DNA of 64,000 bases. Origin: Candidatus Saccharimonadota bacterium (GTDB taxonomy: Bacteria; Patescibacteriota; Saccharimonadia; Saccharimonadales; Saccharimonadaceae). This document shows positions 32,904 to 42,225 of this stretch, piece by piece; the stretch's first letter is position 1; every line of letters begins with the position of its first letter. The notes beneath the pieces are model-generated. The model had not been told where the DNA came from, ran no database searches, and saw only the letters and a list, made by a program, of their open reading frames with translations. The translations under genes and the position numbers were made by a program. Location of the stretch: assembly GCA_017510925.1 (NCBI GenBank), contig JAFWLT010000006.1, forward strand, positions 98,599 through 162,598. The letters run 5' to 3'.

Positions 32904-34880
32904 ATGTTAAGGTGTGTACGTAATCTATTTCCTTGCGTATGTATTATTCTTGTTTTTGCATTCTTATTCTTAGGGACTCCAACCCATGCAGCAGACCTAA
33001 ACGCTAGTGTAGGTATTAATCCATCACTAACCCTCACTCTCCCTACATCAGATCTAAATCTAAGTCTAAACCCAGCCACTACTACCTTTGGTTATAAAGA
33101 CCTACCAATTAGTATTAGTACTAACAACGAAACTGGCTATATCATGACTGTTACCACAGCAGATGATAATACCAACCTAGTAAACACATCAGATTCTAGT
33201 GTAGTACTAGAAACCCTCCCAACACTAGCAGGAGGCTATACAGACTCTACCTTTGTAGTAAACAAATGGGGCTATAAGAATGGTCTTTCTAACAACTACT
33301 TCCCATTCACTTCCGGAGCCACCGTCCTAGAGAACTCTACCTACACCAACGAAGACTCTACCACCCTTAGATTCGCTTCCAAAATAGACTACATGCAAGA
33401 AGAAGGTACCTATTCTACTACCTTTAGCTTTAATTTGGTGGTAAATCCAACCGTAACTTACATGCAAGACATGAGCCCAAGCTTATGTACTTCTACCCCA
33501 ACTACCGTAATAGACAAACGTGACAACAAAGAATATACTGTTACTCGCCTCGCAGATGGTCAGTGTTGGATGACATCAGATCTCAACCTTGCTGGTGGTA
33601 CCACACTTAATGCCGATACTTCTGATGTGCCAACAGATAACTATTATGCTCTTCCAGCTTCGTCTGCTACGGGCTTCTCGTCTGATACTGTACCGTATGT
33701 CTATAACACTGGCAATGAAACTACTAACCAAGCAGACTGTACTAGCACTCAGCCATGTAACTCCTACTACTCTTGGCTTGCTGCTACTGCTGGTGGCAAA
33801 GACGCAAGTGGTACTGCTGTTACCGGTAGTGGTTATAATGCAGCCTACTCTGTCTGTCCTAAGGGCTGGAGATTACCAACTGCTACTACCAGCAATGCTC
33901 CAGCTTATACTAGCCCTAACTGGAAAACCGGAGATCTTTATAAGTTAGCTACAGCCTATGGTGCTAATCTAGAGTCCCAACATTATCAGAATTCTGCAGT
34001 ATTTTTAAATAATGCAGGTCCTGGTACTACTCCTAATTTCTTGCTTGCTGGTGGCTACAGTGGTAGTACATTTCGTAATGGAGGTTCGCACGGAAACTAT
34101 TGGTCATCTTCTTCTCTCTCGTCATCGGAAGCTCACCTTTTGACTTTCAATTCATCGTATATCTATTCAGCTAACTACAGCTCCCGTAGGGACGGTTACC
34201 CAGTTCGGTGTATCCTTAAAGAGACAATGCAAGACTTTGGTAACACAGACGCTAAAACTACCATGGTTACTAACGCTAGTCGTACCCTCACTGATTCTCG
34301 TGACGGCCAAGAATATACTGTAAAAAAGCTTGGTGATGGTAATGTTTGGATGACTAAAGACCTAGCAATCGGGTGTAACGGTACCGCTGCCTCCTATGGC
34401 GGCAGTAGAATTGCCAGAACCCTTACTAGCGCAGATACAAACATTTCTTCTACCTGGGATACTTCCACCGCTACAAACCTTTCAACTCTAGGTGACAGCC
34501 TCATTACTCCAGGTATGGAGTGCGATTCTACGAGAGGAGCTTGGTACAATTACGCAGCAGTTACAGCCGGAACGATTACAGGTGCTTCAAATAACACTAA
34601 CGCGACAGAAGATATTTGTCCAAAAGGTTGGAGGTTGCCGACCGGGCCAGAACAATCAAATCTGGCTACTTTAATCGGCTCTAGTCCATCATCTTACGCC
34701 CCAGTTACAAAACCAATTTATTCAAATAAAACAACTGCTGGTTATGCAGATTGGTGGTCATCTACAGCCTCTGACGCCACTAAGCGTTACACGATATACT
34801 ATTATAATAACGCTTCGCTCGTTTATTATAGCAACGATGGTAGGCATTTTGGTTTCTACGTCCGTTGTATCGCCAAATAA
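32904..34880 (+). CDS. secreted protein with two FISUMP (Fibrobacter succinogenes major paralogous) domains
   Basis: Signal peptide ...GTPTHAADL. The pattern D.RD..EY.V..L.DG..WM..DL ... CPKGWRLPT ... YWSS ... VRCI occurs twice. Confidence 0.8.
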   Translation: MLRCVRNLFPCVCIILVFAFLFLGTPTHAADLNASVGINPSLTLTLPTSDLNLSLNPATTTFGYKDLPISISTNNETGYIMTVTTADDNTNLVNTSDSSVVLETLPTLAGGYTDSTFVVNKWGYKNGLSNNYFPFTSGATVLENSTYTNEDSTTLRFASKIDYMQEEGTYSTTFSFNLVVNPTVTYMQDMSPSLCTSTPTTVIDKRDNKEYTVTRLADGQCWMTSDLNLAGGTTLNADTSDVPTDNYYALPASSATGFSSDTVPYVYNTGNETTNQADCTSTQPCNSYYSWLAATAGGKDASGTAVTGSGYNAAYSVCPKGWRLPTATTSNAPAYTSPNWKTGDLYKLATAYGANLESQHYQNSAVFLNNAGPGTTPNFLLAGGYSGSTFRNGGSHGNYWSSSSLSSSEAHLLTFNSSYIYSANYSSRRDGYPVRCILKETMQDFGNTDAKTTMVTNASRTLTDSRDGQEYTVKKLGDGNVWMTKDLAIGCNGTAASYGGSRIARTLTSADTNISSTWDTSTATNLSTLGDSLITPGMECDSTRGAWYNYAAVTAGTITGASNNTNATEDICPKGWRLPTGPEQSNLATLIGSSPSSYAPVTKPIYSNKTTAGYADWWSSTASDATKRYTIYYYNNASLVYYSNDGRHFGFYVRCIAK

Positions 34881-35024
34881 AGGTGGGGGTTGATTTCTTA
34901 TTTTCCCTATGCTATAAGATTAGCGTGGTTGGAGTAATTTGGTTTTTTGAAAAGCAAACTCTATCCTAGATGGTTGCCACTTTGTCAATAGGCATAGGTG
35001 CTAAAATATGATATAATTATACCT

Positions 35025-37904
35025 ATGAAGTATAGAGCGGGAGAACGCCGAAAGGCGATAGAATACGAGAAAGCTCTCATAGATTGGTGGAAAAAAGACA
35101 AAACTTTTGAAAAATCCATTGAAGAGAGACCAGTAGATAAATCATACGTTTTTTATGACGGGCCACCGTTTATTACTGGTATGCCTCATCACGGTACACT
35201 TCTTAGCTCTATTGTTAAAGACGCCGTCCCACGCTACTGGACTATGCAAGGCTACAGGGTAGAACGCCGTTGGGGTTGGGATTGCCATGGCCTTCCGGCT
35301 GAAAACTTTGTAGAGAAACAGCTCGGCATTACTGATAGAAGAGAAATTGGCACCAAGTGGAGCCTAGAAGATTACATCACCAAAGCTCGCGAGTCTATGG
35401 TCGCTAATTCAGAAGAATGGCGCAGCACTATCGATCGTTGTGGTCGCTGGGTAGATTTTGATAACCCATATCGCACTATGAACAAAGATTTTATGGAATC
35501 CGTTTGGTGGGCCTTTAAGAAGCTCTACGAAGCCGGCAAAATCTACGAAGGTCGTAAGGTTTTGATGTATGATACTAAATTTGCCACACCTGTCTCCAAG
35601 GCTGAAGTTACCATGGACAACGACGCCTACCAAACCGTTACCGACCCTTCTGCCTATGTCAAATTCAAAGGCAAAGATTTTACCTTCCTAGCTTGGACCA
35701 CCACCCCTTGGACTTTGATGGCCAACCGTGCGCTAGCCGTCAGTTCTAAGCTAGAATACGGTATATATAATATAGATGGCGAAAAGCTCGTAGTAGCAAC
35801 AAAACGTGCTGAACAAATTTTTGAATCAGCTACACCAGAGAAAATTATCAAAGGCAAAGAGCTAGAAGGTCTAGAATATACATCCTTAGATGACACCAAG
35901 TGCAAAGTATTTACTGCTGATTTTGTAGGGGAAGAAGAAGGTACCGGCATTGTACACATTGCTCCAGCCTATGGTGAAGACGATTACGAACTCTACAAGA
36001 AGCACGAAGGCGAGATTGACTTTGTAGATACTCTAGACGAAAACGGCTACTATATAGAAGAATATGCCAATAAGCTTCACGAATTAGGCGTAAGAGACAC
36101 CGACGAACATGGCATCCAAATTTGGGCTGCCAATAAGTTTATTGCCAAATGTCTAGAAGACAAGGGAATCATCTATAAGATTGAATATATTCAGCACGAA
36201 TATCCATTCAACCCACGTTCTAAAGAGCGCATTATGTATCGCGCTTTCCCATCTTGGTTCTTCGACGTAGAGGGTCAGAAGGAATTAATGCTAGCAGAAA
36301 ACGAGAACATCAACTGGTTCCCAGCTTATCTCAAACACGGTCGTTTTGCCAAGAATATCGAAGCTGCTCCAGATTGGAATCTCTCACGTGATCGTTTCTG
36401 GGCTACTGCTATGCCAGTATGGAAGGGCGACAAAGGTTCTATCAAAGTTGTTGGTAGTTACAAAGAGCTAGAAGAGCTCTCTGGTAAAACTCTCGAAGAT
36501 TATCACCGTCCGTGGGTAGATGAAATCACCTTTGATATTGATGGCGAGCACTTTACTCGTATCGAAAAAGTTCTAGATTGTTGGTTTGAATCTGGCTCTA
36601 TGCCATTTGCCCAGCTCCACTACCCATTTGAGAATAAAGAGAAGTTCGAGCACAACTACCCAGCCGATTTTATCGTAGAGTATGTAGGCCAGGTGCGTGC
36701 GTGGTTCTACTATGTCCACACTGTAAACACTGCCTTAGCCGAGATTGGCGCCTTTGGCGATAAGGTTAAGAAGGGTCATAAGAATGCTTACAAGAATGTA
36801 ATCACCACCGGTACCTTGGCAGGGAACGACGGTCGCAAGATGAGCAAATCCCTTGGCAACTATACCGATCCAAATGTATTAATGGATCAGTACTCAGCCG
36901 ACGCCTACAGATTCTTGCTATTATCCAGCCCAGTAATGTCCGGCGAAGATTTCGCTATGTTAGACAAAGATGTCTCCGACGTCAACCGTAAGCTTGCGAT
37001 GCTTTGGAATGTCTATGATTTCTTTACCACCTATGCTGAGATTGACGGTATAGATAGCAACGACCTTAAAGATATCAATTCTGATAACATCTTAGACCAA
37101 TGGATTATCTCTAGAGCCTATGAGCTTAGAAACCACATTACTGAGAATATGGCAGCCTACAACCTCCCAGCTGCCCTAGAAACCGTTTTGCCATTTATAG
37201 ACGATCTTTCCAACTGGTTTGTACGCCGTTCTCGTCGCCGTTTCTCTAAGAACGAAGACGAAAAAGACAAGATGGCTGCCTATAGCACGCTCTACTATAT
37301 ATTAATATATACAGCACATCTGATGGCTCCATTTACCCCATTCTTAGCCGAGGAGCTCTACCAGAAGCTTACTGGTGAGAGCAAGTCTATCCACCTAGAA
37401 ATGTGGCCAGAAGCTGGTGAGATTAATCAAGAAGTGTTAGATAATATGGCTCGCACTCGCCAGATCATTACAGACGCTTTGAGCCTAAGGATGCAAAAGT
37501 CCGACACCGAAGATCAGATCAAAGTTCGTCAGCCACTTGCATCACTTATTTACTCAGGCGACAAACTGGACGACTTCTACGAGCAGATCATCAGAGAAGA
37601 AGTTAACGTCAAAAAAGTAGAACAGGGTAGTGAACTAAAGTTAGACAAGACACTCACTAAGGAACTGAGGGAAGAGGGCTACGCACGTGATCTTATTCGC
37701 GCTATCCAATCTGCCAGAAAACACGCCGATCTCAACATGGATGATCATATCAAGCTCTCTGTCTCTGCAGACATTCCAGAAGCTTATGTAGACTTAGTAA
37801 AAGCCGAAGTTTTGGCAGACACAATCGACCACGGCAACTATACTCACGACGAAATCGCCAAAATTGGTGGCGATAACATCACCATCTCACTAGAAAAAGC
37901 ATAA
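35025..37904 (+). CDS. ileS: isoleucine--tRNA ligase (type 2)
   Basis: FYDGPPFITGMPHHGTLL (HIGH region), GWDCHGLPAE, KMSKSLGN. The start is set at ATG 35025, directly behind a -10 box. Confidence 0.9.
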   Translation: MKYRAGERRKAIEYEKALIDWWKKDKTFEKSIEERPVDKSYVFYDGPPFITGMPHHGTLLSSIVKDAVPRYWTMQGYRVERRWGWDCHGLPAENFVEKQLGITDRREIGTKWSLEDYITKARESMVANSEEWRSTIDRCGRWVDFDNPYRTMNKDFMESVWWAFKKLYEAGKIYEGRKVLMYDTKFATPVSKAEVTMDNDAYQTVTDPSAYVKFKGKDFTFLAWTTTPWTLMANRALAVSSKLEYGIYNIDGEKLVVATKRAEQIFESATPEKIIKGKELEGLEYTSLDDTKCKVFTADFVGEEEGTGIVHIAPAYGEDDYELYKKHEGEIDFVDTLDENGYYIEEYANKLHELGVRDTDEHGIQIWAANKFIAKCLEDKGIIYKIEYIQHEYPFNPRSKERIMYRAFPSWFFDVEGQKELMLAENENINWFPAYLKHGRFAKNIEAAPDWNLSRDRFWATAMPVWKGDKGSIKVVGSYKELEELSGKTLEDYHRPWVDEITFDIDGEHFTRIEKVLDCWFESGSMPFAQLHYPFENKEKFEHNYPADFIVEYVGQVRAWFYYVHTVNTALAEIGAFGDKVKKGHKNAYKNVITTGTLAGNDGRKMSKSLGNYTDPNVLMDQYSADAYRFLLLSSPVMSGEDFAMLDKDVSDVNRKLAMLWNVYDFFTTYAEIDGIDSNDLKDINSDNILDQWIISRAYELRNHITENMAAYNLPAALETVLPFIDDLSNWFVRRSRRRFSKNEDEKDKMAAYSTLYYILIYTAHLMAPFTPFLAEELYQKLTGESKSIHLEMWPEAGEINQEVLDNMARTRQIITDALSLRMQKSDTEDQIKVRQPLASLIYSGDKLDDFYEQIIREEVNVKKVEQGSELKLDKTLTKELREEGYARDLIRAIQSARKHADLNMDDHIKLSVSADIPEAYVDLVKAEVLADTIDHGNYTHDEIAKIGGDNITISLEKA

Positions 37905-37956
37905 TAAATTTATACATTTTTACCCCTGTTATTTTTGATTTTTAGCATAAACACTA

Positions 37957-37985
37957 TTGACTTTTTGAGCAAAGTGTGCTATACT
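37957..37985 (+). promoter_or_regulatory. canonical promoter with extended -10
   Basis: TTGACT (37957-37962), 17 nt, TGcTATACT (37977-37985). It is followed by an ~80-nt A/C-rich leader and the SD AAGGAG. Confidence 0.65.
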
Positions 37986-38070
37986 CAAATTAAGTTAGAA
38001 AATAAAACAAACATTCTAACAAGACCAAACAAACAAAAATAAAAACATAAAAAACAAAAAGGAGCAAGAA

Positions 38071-38319
38071 ATGGCGGCAAACCCAAACAAAATATCAACA
38101 TTTAACATCCCAGATGATGGCAAAGTCCAAGACTCAGACTGGAAAGATGACATCGACGTAGAATTTGCAATCTACGGTGGGAGCGAAAAGAAGGAAGGAG
38201 AATATATCAATCCTGACAAAGTGGTAACCAAAGAGACACAACGCAAAATTGATAGAATTAAAGCTAAGAAAATTGGTATTACCACTCTTGAGATCATAAA
38301 AGACCAAGTCGCCGCCTAA
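38071..38319 (+). CDS. small hypothetical protein (82 aa)
   Basis: Strong promoter and AAGGAG SD. No recognised domain. Confidence 0.55.
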   Translation: MAANPNKISTFNIPDDGKVQDSDWKDDIDVEFAIYGGSEKKEGEYINPDKVVTKETQRKIDRIKAKKIGITTLEIIKDQVAA

Positions 38320-38506
38320 TGGGTTTTAGATCTAACTAAAAGGACCAACTATGGAACTCGCACTTTATCGAATAGACCCCTTATATTACAGCATCGTATA
38401 TCATATTATACTATCTGTACTATGTGTAGTCTAAAAGCCGCCACATAAAAATAAAAAGAAAGGAAACCGATGTAACATTAACAGATAAAAACAAACACTA
38501 GCCATT

Positions 38507-38535
38507 AAAAAACCGAACATCACGTTCGGTTTTTT
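38507..38535 (+). terminator. rho-independent terminator
   Basis: AAAAAACCGAAC-ATCAC-GTTCGGTTTTTT, located ~190 nt after the stop at 38319. Confidence 0.85.
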
Positions 38536-38611
38536 AAATACTCAAATTTTCAAAACTTGACTTTTATATTAAGGTTATGATAATCTTATAAACAAGAAAG
38601 GTACATACATC

Positions 38612-38914
38612 ATGAATACATATCTCGTGGACGAAGCAGTCCTAGGTGACTTTGTGGAAACTTTGTCGCCAGGAGTGAGCGCCGACGTCAAAAAGAAGAT
38701 GACCGAAAAACTCGATCATCAAATTCTAAAAGCCATTTTGGCTGAACTCACACCTGAGCAAGGTGGCAAACTAAATAAACTTCTAAAAGAAAATCCAGAC
38801 GATCCGGATGTATTTGAAGGTTTCTTCAAAGAGCAAGGTATCGATCTAGAGAAAATCGTTGCAAATGCCATGATAGAGTTTAAAAACGATTTTGAAAAAG
38901 GAGGCGAAAAATGA
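38612..38914 (+). CDS. small acidic hypothetical protein (100 aa), first gene of a 3-gene operon
   Basis: Promoter TTGACT (38557) with GATAAT; SD GAAAGG. ATGA overlap with the next ORF. Confidence 0.55.
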   Translation: MNTYLVDEAVLGDFVETLSPGVSADVKKKMTEKLDHQILKAILAELTPEQGGKLNKLLKENPDDPDVFEGFFKEQGIDLEKIVANAMIEFKNDFEKGGEK

Positions 38915-40545
38915 GTAACCCCAATGCAGTAAACCCAGTTGATATTACGCCAGAAGATAACGGTCTTTCACCAGAAGAAGCCGAAAAATTCCGTGCCGAG
39001 AATCAACCTCGTGGTCACGAAGCTTTAGACGATGCCGAAGAATATGAGCGACTAGAAGCTAGAGCCAAAGAGCTAGAAGCAGAACTAAGAGAAATGGGCT
39101 ACGACTTAAAAGAAGCCGATGCAGAGGAAGAAGAGCCAACTCCAGCAGAGGTGGCCAACACTCTTTATCATAGCAAAGGTGCCAAAATTAGCCTTACTCA
39201 TATTGCTATAGCAGCTGCTACCACTCTTGCTGTTGGTGGTATCATTGCTGGTTCTATCTTTATGGCTGGTAAATACAGTAGCAAGTCCGACAAAACTCCA
39301 GCTCCAGAACCAACTGCTCCAGTGGTAGAAAGCATCATAGAAACAGAAGATGTTGTTGACGACATTGAAGACACTGTTGAAAAAGAAGAAGCCAGAGGTA
39401 TTGTTGACGGCTACGGCGAAGAAGGTATGTGGCTATCCGAAGGTAAGACTGGCCCATATGCATTTGCCGATTTCCAGAAAGTCGTGGAACTACACGATGG
39501 CGATGTAAAGGAAGCTATCAAAGACGTGGCTTCCAACCAAGTTGAATCTATGGCCGACTGTATTTCCGGTATGAGCGACGAGATACGCCCAGAAGGATAT
39601 CAAGGTCTAAGTATGGCCGAGATCGACGAAAAACTTGAAAACCTTTCTGCTGAAGAGTACGATCTTTTGAGAGAAGAATTCGAAAGCATCATCAACAAAG
39701 CCGAAATCAAAGAAGTCACCTTGAACGGCAAATACGACAACGCCTATATGGGCGTGAAAGATGGTGATAGTAGAATCATTGGTTCTAAAGAAGCCAACGA
39801 AAAAGATGTGGAAGTCAACCACGAGACTATGCAACTTATAAAATGTACCACCAACGAAAAAGGCTCCAAAGCCTATGAACTTACTTGGAGAGACGAAAAA
39901 GGTAACATCATCGATAGCGAAATGATCAAGGAAGCCTGTACGCAGGTAGTAGAGAAGGAAGGCAAAAACCCAACTCGTTTCAAAGGTCTTCCAGAAGCTA
40001 CCGAAAAAGCTATTACTGGTGGTGGCCCAATGACGGTCATAATCACTGGTGGTGGCCCAACCATCGTTCCAGATCCAGAGCCAGAACCAGAGCCAACGCC
40101 AACCCCACCACCAAAGAAATGGGGTAAGTCCGGTGACCCACACACTGGTGACGATTACAAACAAACTATCGTAGATAACCCAGCAGTGCCAGACATTAGC
40201 AATATTAATGATGGCAATCAAGGCTACGTAGACGATAATCAAGCTGCACCAGGTACACCTAGCGAATATAATGGTGTAAGTGAAGACAATGGTTTCGCTG
40301 ATAGTGGTATCGTTGCCGGAGGCGCCGACAACAGCGGCGAACGTTTAGAAGGTGGCGAAGATCAAAGCGATGGCAACATGGCTGGTGAGAACGCTTACCA
40401 CGACGAAGAATCCATTTCGGCTGGTGAAGCTGCCGATGCCGGTGGCAACCAAGCTCAAGAACAAGCTCAACAAAATAATGAAGTGGGTGGCGATAATAAC
40501 AGCAACGCGGCCGAAGAAGCTGCAGTTGCAGAAGGGAATTTCTAA
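38911..40545 (+). CDS. bitopic membrane protein with acidic N-terminus, one TM and a large extracytoplasmic domain with PEPEPEPTPTPPP linker
   Basis: TM helix IAIAAATTLAVGGIIAGSIFMAG. Long ORF translationally coupled on both sides. No recognised domain. Confidence 0.6.
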   Translation: MSNPNAVNPVDITPEDNGLSPEEAEKFRAENQPRGHEALDDAEEYERLEARAKELEAELREMGYDLKEADAEEEEPTPAEVANTLYHSKGAKISLTHIAIAAATTLAVGGIIAGSIFMAGKYSSKSDKTPAPEPTAPVVESIIETEDVVDDIEDTVEKEEARGIVDGYGEEGMWLSEGKTGPYAFADFQKVVELHDGDVKEAIKDVASNQVESMADCISGMSDEIRPEGYQGLSMAEIDEKLENLSAEEYDLLREEFESIINKAEIKEVTLNGKYDNAYMGVKDGDSRIIGSKEANEKDVEVNHETMQLIKCTTNEKGSKAYELTWRDEKGNIIDSEMIKEACTQVVEKEGKNPTRFKGLPEATEKAITGGGPMTVIITGGGPTIVPDPEPEPEPTPTPPPKKWGKSGDPHTGDDYKQTIVDNPAVPDISNINDGNQGYVDDNQAAPGTPSEYNGVSEDNGFADSGIVAGGADNSGERLEGGEDQSDGNMAGENAYHDEESISAGEAADAGGNQAQEQAQQNNEVGGDNNSNAAEEAAVAEGNF

Positions 40546-42051
40546 ATGAAAAAACTCCAAATTAGAAAACTATTAGCAGCTGCGTTTCTCGCAATTTTGC
40601 CACTTGCAAATGTTGCCGGAGCTAATGCAGCAGAACCAGTAGAGACCCCGTGGGGGCCAGAGCGTAAGACATTTACCTGGGACAACCCAGCTACTTATGC
40701 TACGTTCAACTCCATTACCGATAACCCTGGTATTGGCGATGAGCGTGATTTCGTACGTATCCGTGAAATTAATGATCACGATACTTACGGCGACGAAGTG
40801 ACCCTCGAAGCTGGTCACACTTATGAAGTGTATATTTACTATCACAACAACGCTGACGGCCACGAAGTTGGTAAAACTGCTGTCGGTATCGCCGATGGTG
40901 CAGCCGTTAAATCCAGCTTCCCAGCTACTGTCAAAAAAGGCGAAAAAGCTACCGTTACTGGTAAAATCTTCGCATCAGATACCGACCCACTAGAAGTTTG
41001 GGATGGTGCCTATATGATGCCATCAGAAGATCTCTATCTTCGCTATGTTCCAGGCACTGCTATTATTCACAACGGTGGTGAACTTAACGGTAAAAATGTT
41101 GGCCCGGATTATCTATTTGGTGAAGGTGCCCTCCTTGGCTACAACCAATTCTCAGGTATCCTTCCTGGCTGTAACCAATATGCCGGTTATATCACTTATC
41201 AAATCTTCGCTGATCAACCAGGCTTCAGCATTCAAAAATCTATCGTAGGCGAGGCAAATACCTTCAAGGCTGGTGACGAAATCACCTTCAAGGTTCGTTA
41301 CGACAACACTGGCACTATGGACCAAATGAATGTAGTAGTAAAAGACAATATTCCAGAAGGTCTTACTTATATTCCAGGTAGCGCAATGCTTTACAATAAT
41401 AACCTCACCGAAGGCAAAGCCGTAAATGATGATATCATTTCCGAAAATGGTATGAATATCGGCGATTATGCCGGTGGTAGTGGTTGGGCAGAAGTAACCT
41501 ACAAAGCCAAAGTTAACAGCGATGAAAAATGTGCTGGCGAACTAACTAACGAAGTAACCGTATCAACCACGGATGGCAACAAAACTTCAAGTGTTAAAAT
41601 TGTGATCGAAGGGGAAGATTGTACCCCAACTCCTCCACCAGAAACTCCAAAGGAAATTGTTAAAACCGGTCCAATCGAGATCGTAATGGCAGTAATTATT
41701 ATCCTTGGCATCGGTGCCGGTGGCTTCTACTTCTATCGCACTCGTCGTGCACTCAAAACTGTAAAGAGCGCAGTAAGTGGCCCAGAAGGTGGCGCTGAAC
41801 CAATCGCTCCAGAAGCTCCAAGTGCACCAGTAAATCCAGTTGCGCCTGTAAACCCAATTGCTCCAGCAGAACCACAGGCTCCAGAAGCCCCAGCAGCTCC
41901 AGCAGAGCCAGAAGCTCCAGTAGTTCCACAAGCTCCAACTGAGCCAACTGGTTTCTCGGCACCAGTAAATCCAATCGCTCCACAGGCTCCACAAGCTCCA
42001 ACCGAGCCACAAAGCCCAGAGCAAACCCCACCAACCACACCAATGGCGTAG
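40546..42051 (+). CDS. surface protein: signal peptide, adhesin-like beta domains (DUF11-type repeat), KTG-TM-RTRR anchor, P/A-rich tail
   Basis: Signal peptide ...NVAGANAAEP; FKAGDEITFKVRYDNTGTMDQMNVVVKDNIPEGLTYIPGS (DUF11-like); EIVKTGPIEIVMAVIIILGIGAGGFYFYRTRR; then ~90 aa of AP/PQ repeats. Confidence 0.7.
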   Translation: MKKLQIRKLLAAAFLAILPLANVAGANAAEPVETPWGPERKTFTWDNPATYATFNSITDNPGIGDERDFVRIREINDHDTYGDEVTLEAGHTYEVYIYYHNNADGHEVGKTAVGIADGAAVKSSFPATVKKGEKATVTGKIFASDTDPLEVWDGAYMMPSEDLYLRYVPGTAIIHNGGELNGKNVGPDYLFGEGALLGYNQFSGILPGCNQYAGYITYQIFADQPGFSIQKSIVGEANTFKAGDEITFKVRYDNTGTMDQMNVVVKDNIPEGLTYIPGSAMLYNNNLTEGKAVNDDIISENGMNIGDYAGGSGWAEVTYKAKVNSDEKCAGELTNEVTVSTTDGNKTSSVKIVIEGEDCTPTPPPETPKEIVKTGPIEIVMAVIIILGIGAGGFYFYRTRRALKTVKSAVSGPEGGAEPIAPEAPSAPVNPVAPVNPIAPAEPQAPEAPAAPAEPEAPVVPQAPTEPTGFSAPVNPIAPQAPQAPTEPQSPEQTPPTTPMA

Positions 42052-42061
42052 GGAACTAAAC

Positions 42062-42097
42062 AAAAAATCTGCGAGAATCACCTCGCAGATTTTTGTT
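42062..42097 (+). terminator. rho-independent terminator
   Basis: AAAAAATCTGCGAG-AATCAC-CTCGCAGATTTTTG. Confidence 0.85.
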
Positions 42098-42190
42098 TAA
42101 CCATAAGCAGGTGGTAGGGGGTTGATTTTCAAATTTTGCTATGCTACAAAGGCCTCGGGTGGCGTTCATTTATACTATCTATTCCATCTC

Positions 42191-42219
42191 TTGTCAACAA
42201 CAAAAATCTGTGCTATAAT
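42191..42219 (+). promoter_or_regulatory. canonical promoter of the rpsF operon
   Basis: TTGTCA (42191-42196), 17 nt, TGcTATAAT (42211-42219). Confidence 0.65.
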
Positions 42220-42225
42220 AAATAC

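Noticed and set aside
34882-34935. Short TTG-initiated peptides (13-35 aa) behind the AGGTGG-like part of the GGTGG...GGGGTTGA elements
   Set aside because: The conservation between copies lies at the DNA level (TTGAtT / TAtAA spacing). The peptide sequences and lengths are not conserved, so a promoter-like element is the simpler reading.
34919-35024. T-box leader upstream of ileS
   Set aside because: The region is only ~100 nt, has no specifier/antiterminator T-box sequence and no terminator hairpin, and a leaderless-type -10 box lies directly before the ATG.
39607-40242. 211-aa antisense ORF inside the 544-aa gene, and several antisense ORFs in 41499-42081
   Set aside because: They are generated by low-complexity P/E/A-rich coding repeats on the plus strand. 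They have no start context and implausible W/F/G-rich sequences.
41640-41760. Reading EIVKTGP plus TM plus RTRR as a bona fide sortase sorting signal
   Set aside because: It is not a canonical LPxTG, the protein continues ~90 aa past the charged stop-transfer, and no sortase gene is in the window. I kept it only as an open question within the surface-operon finding.
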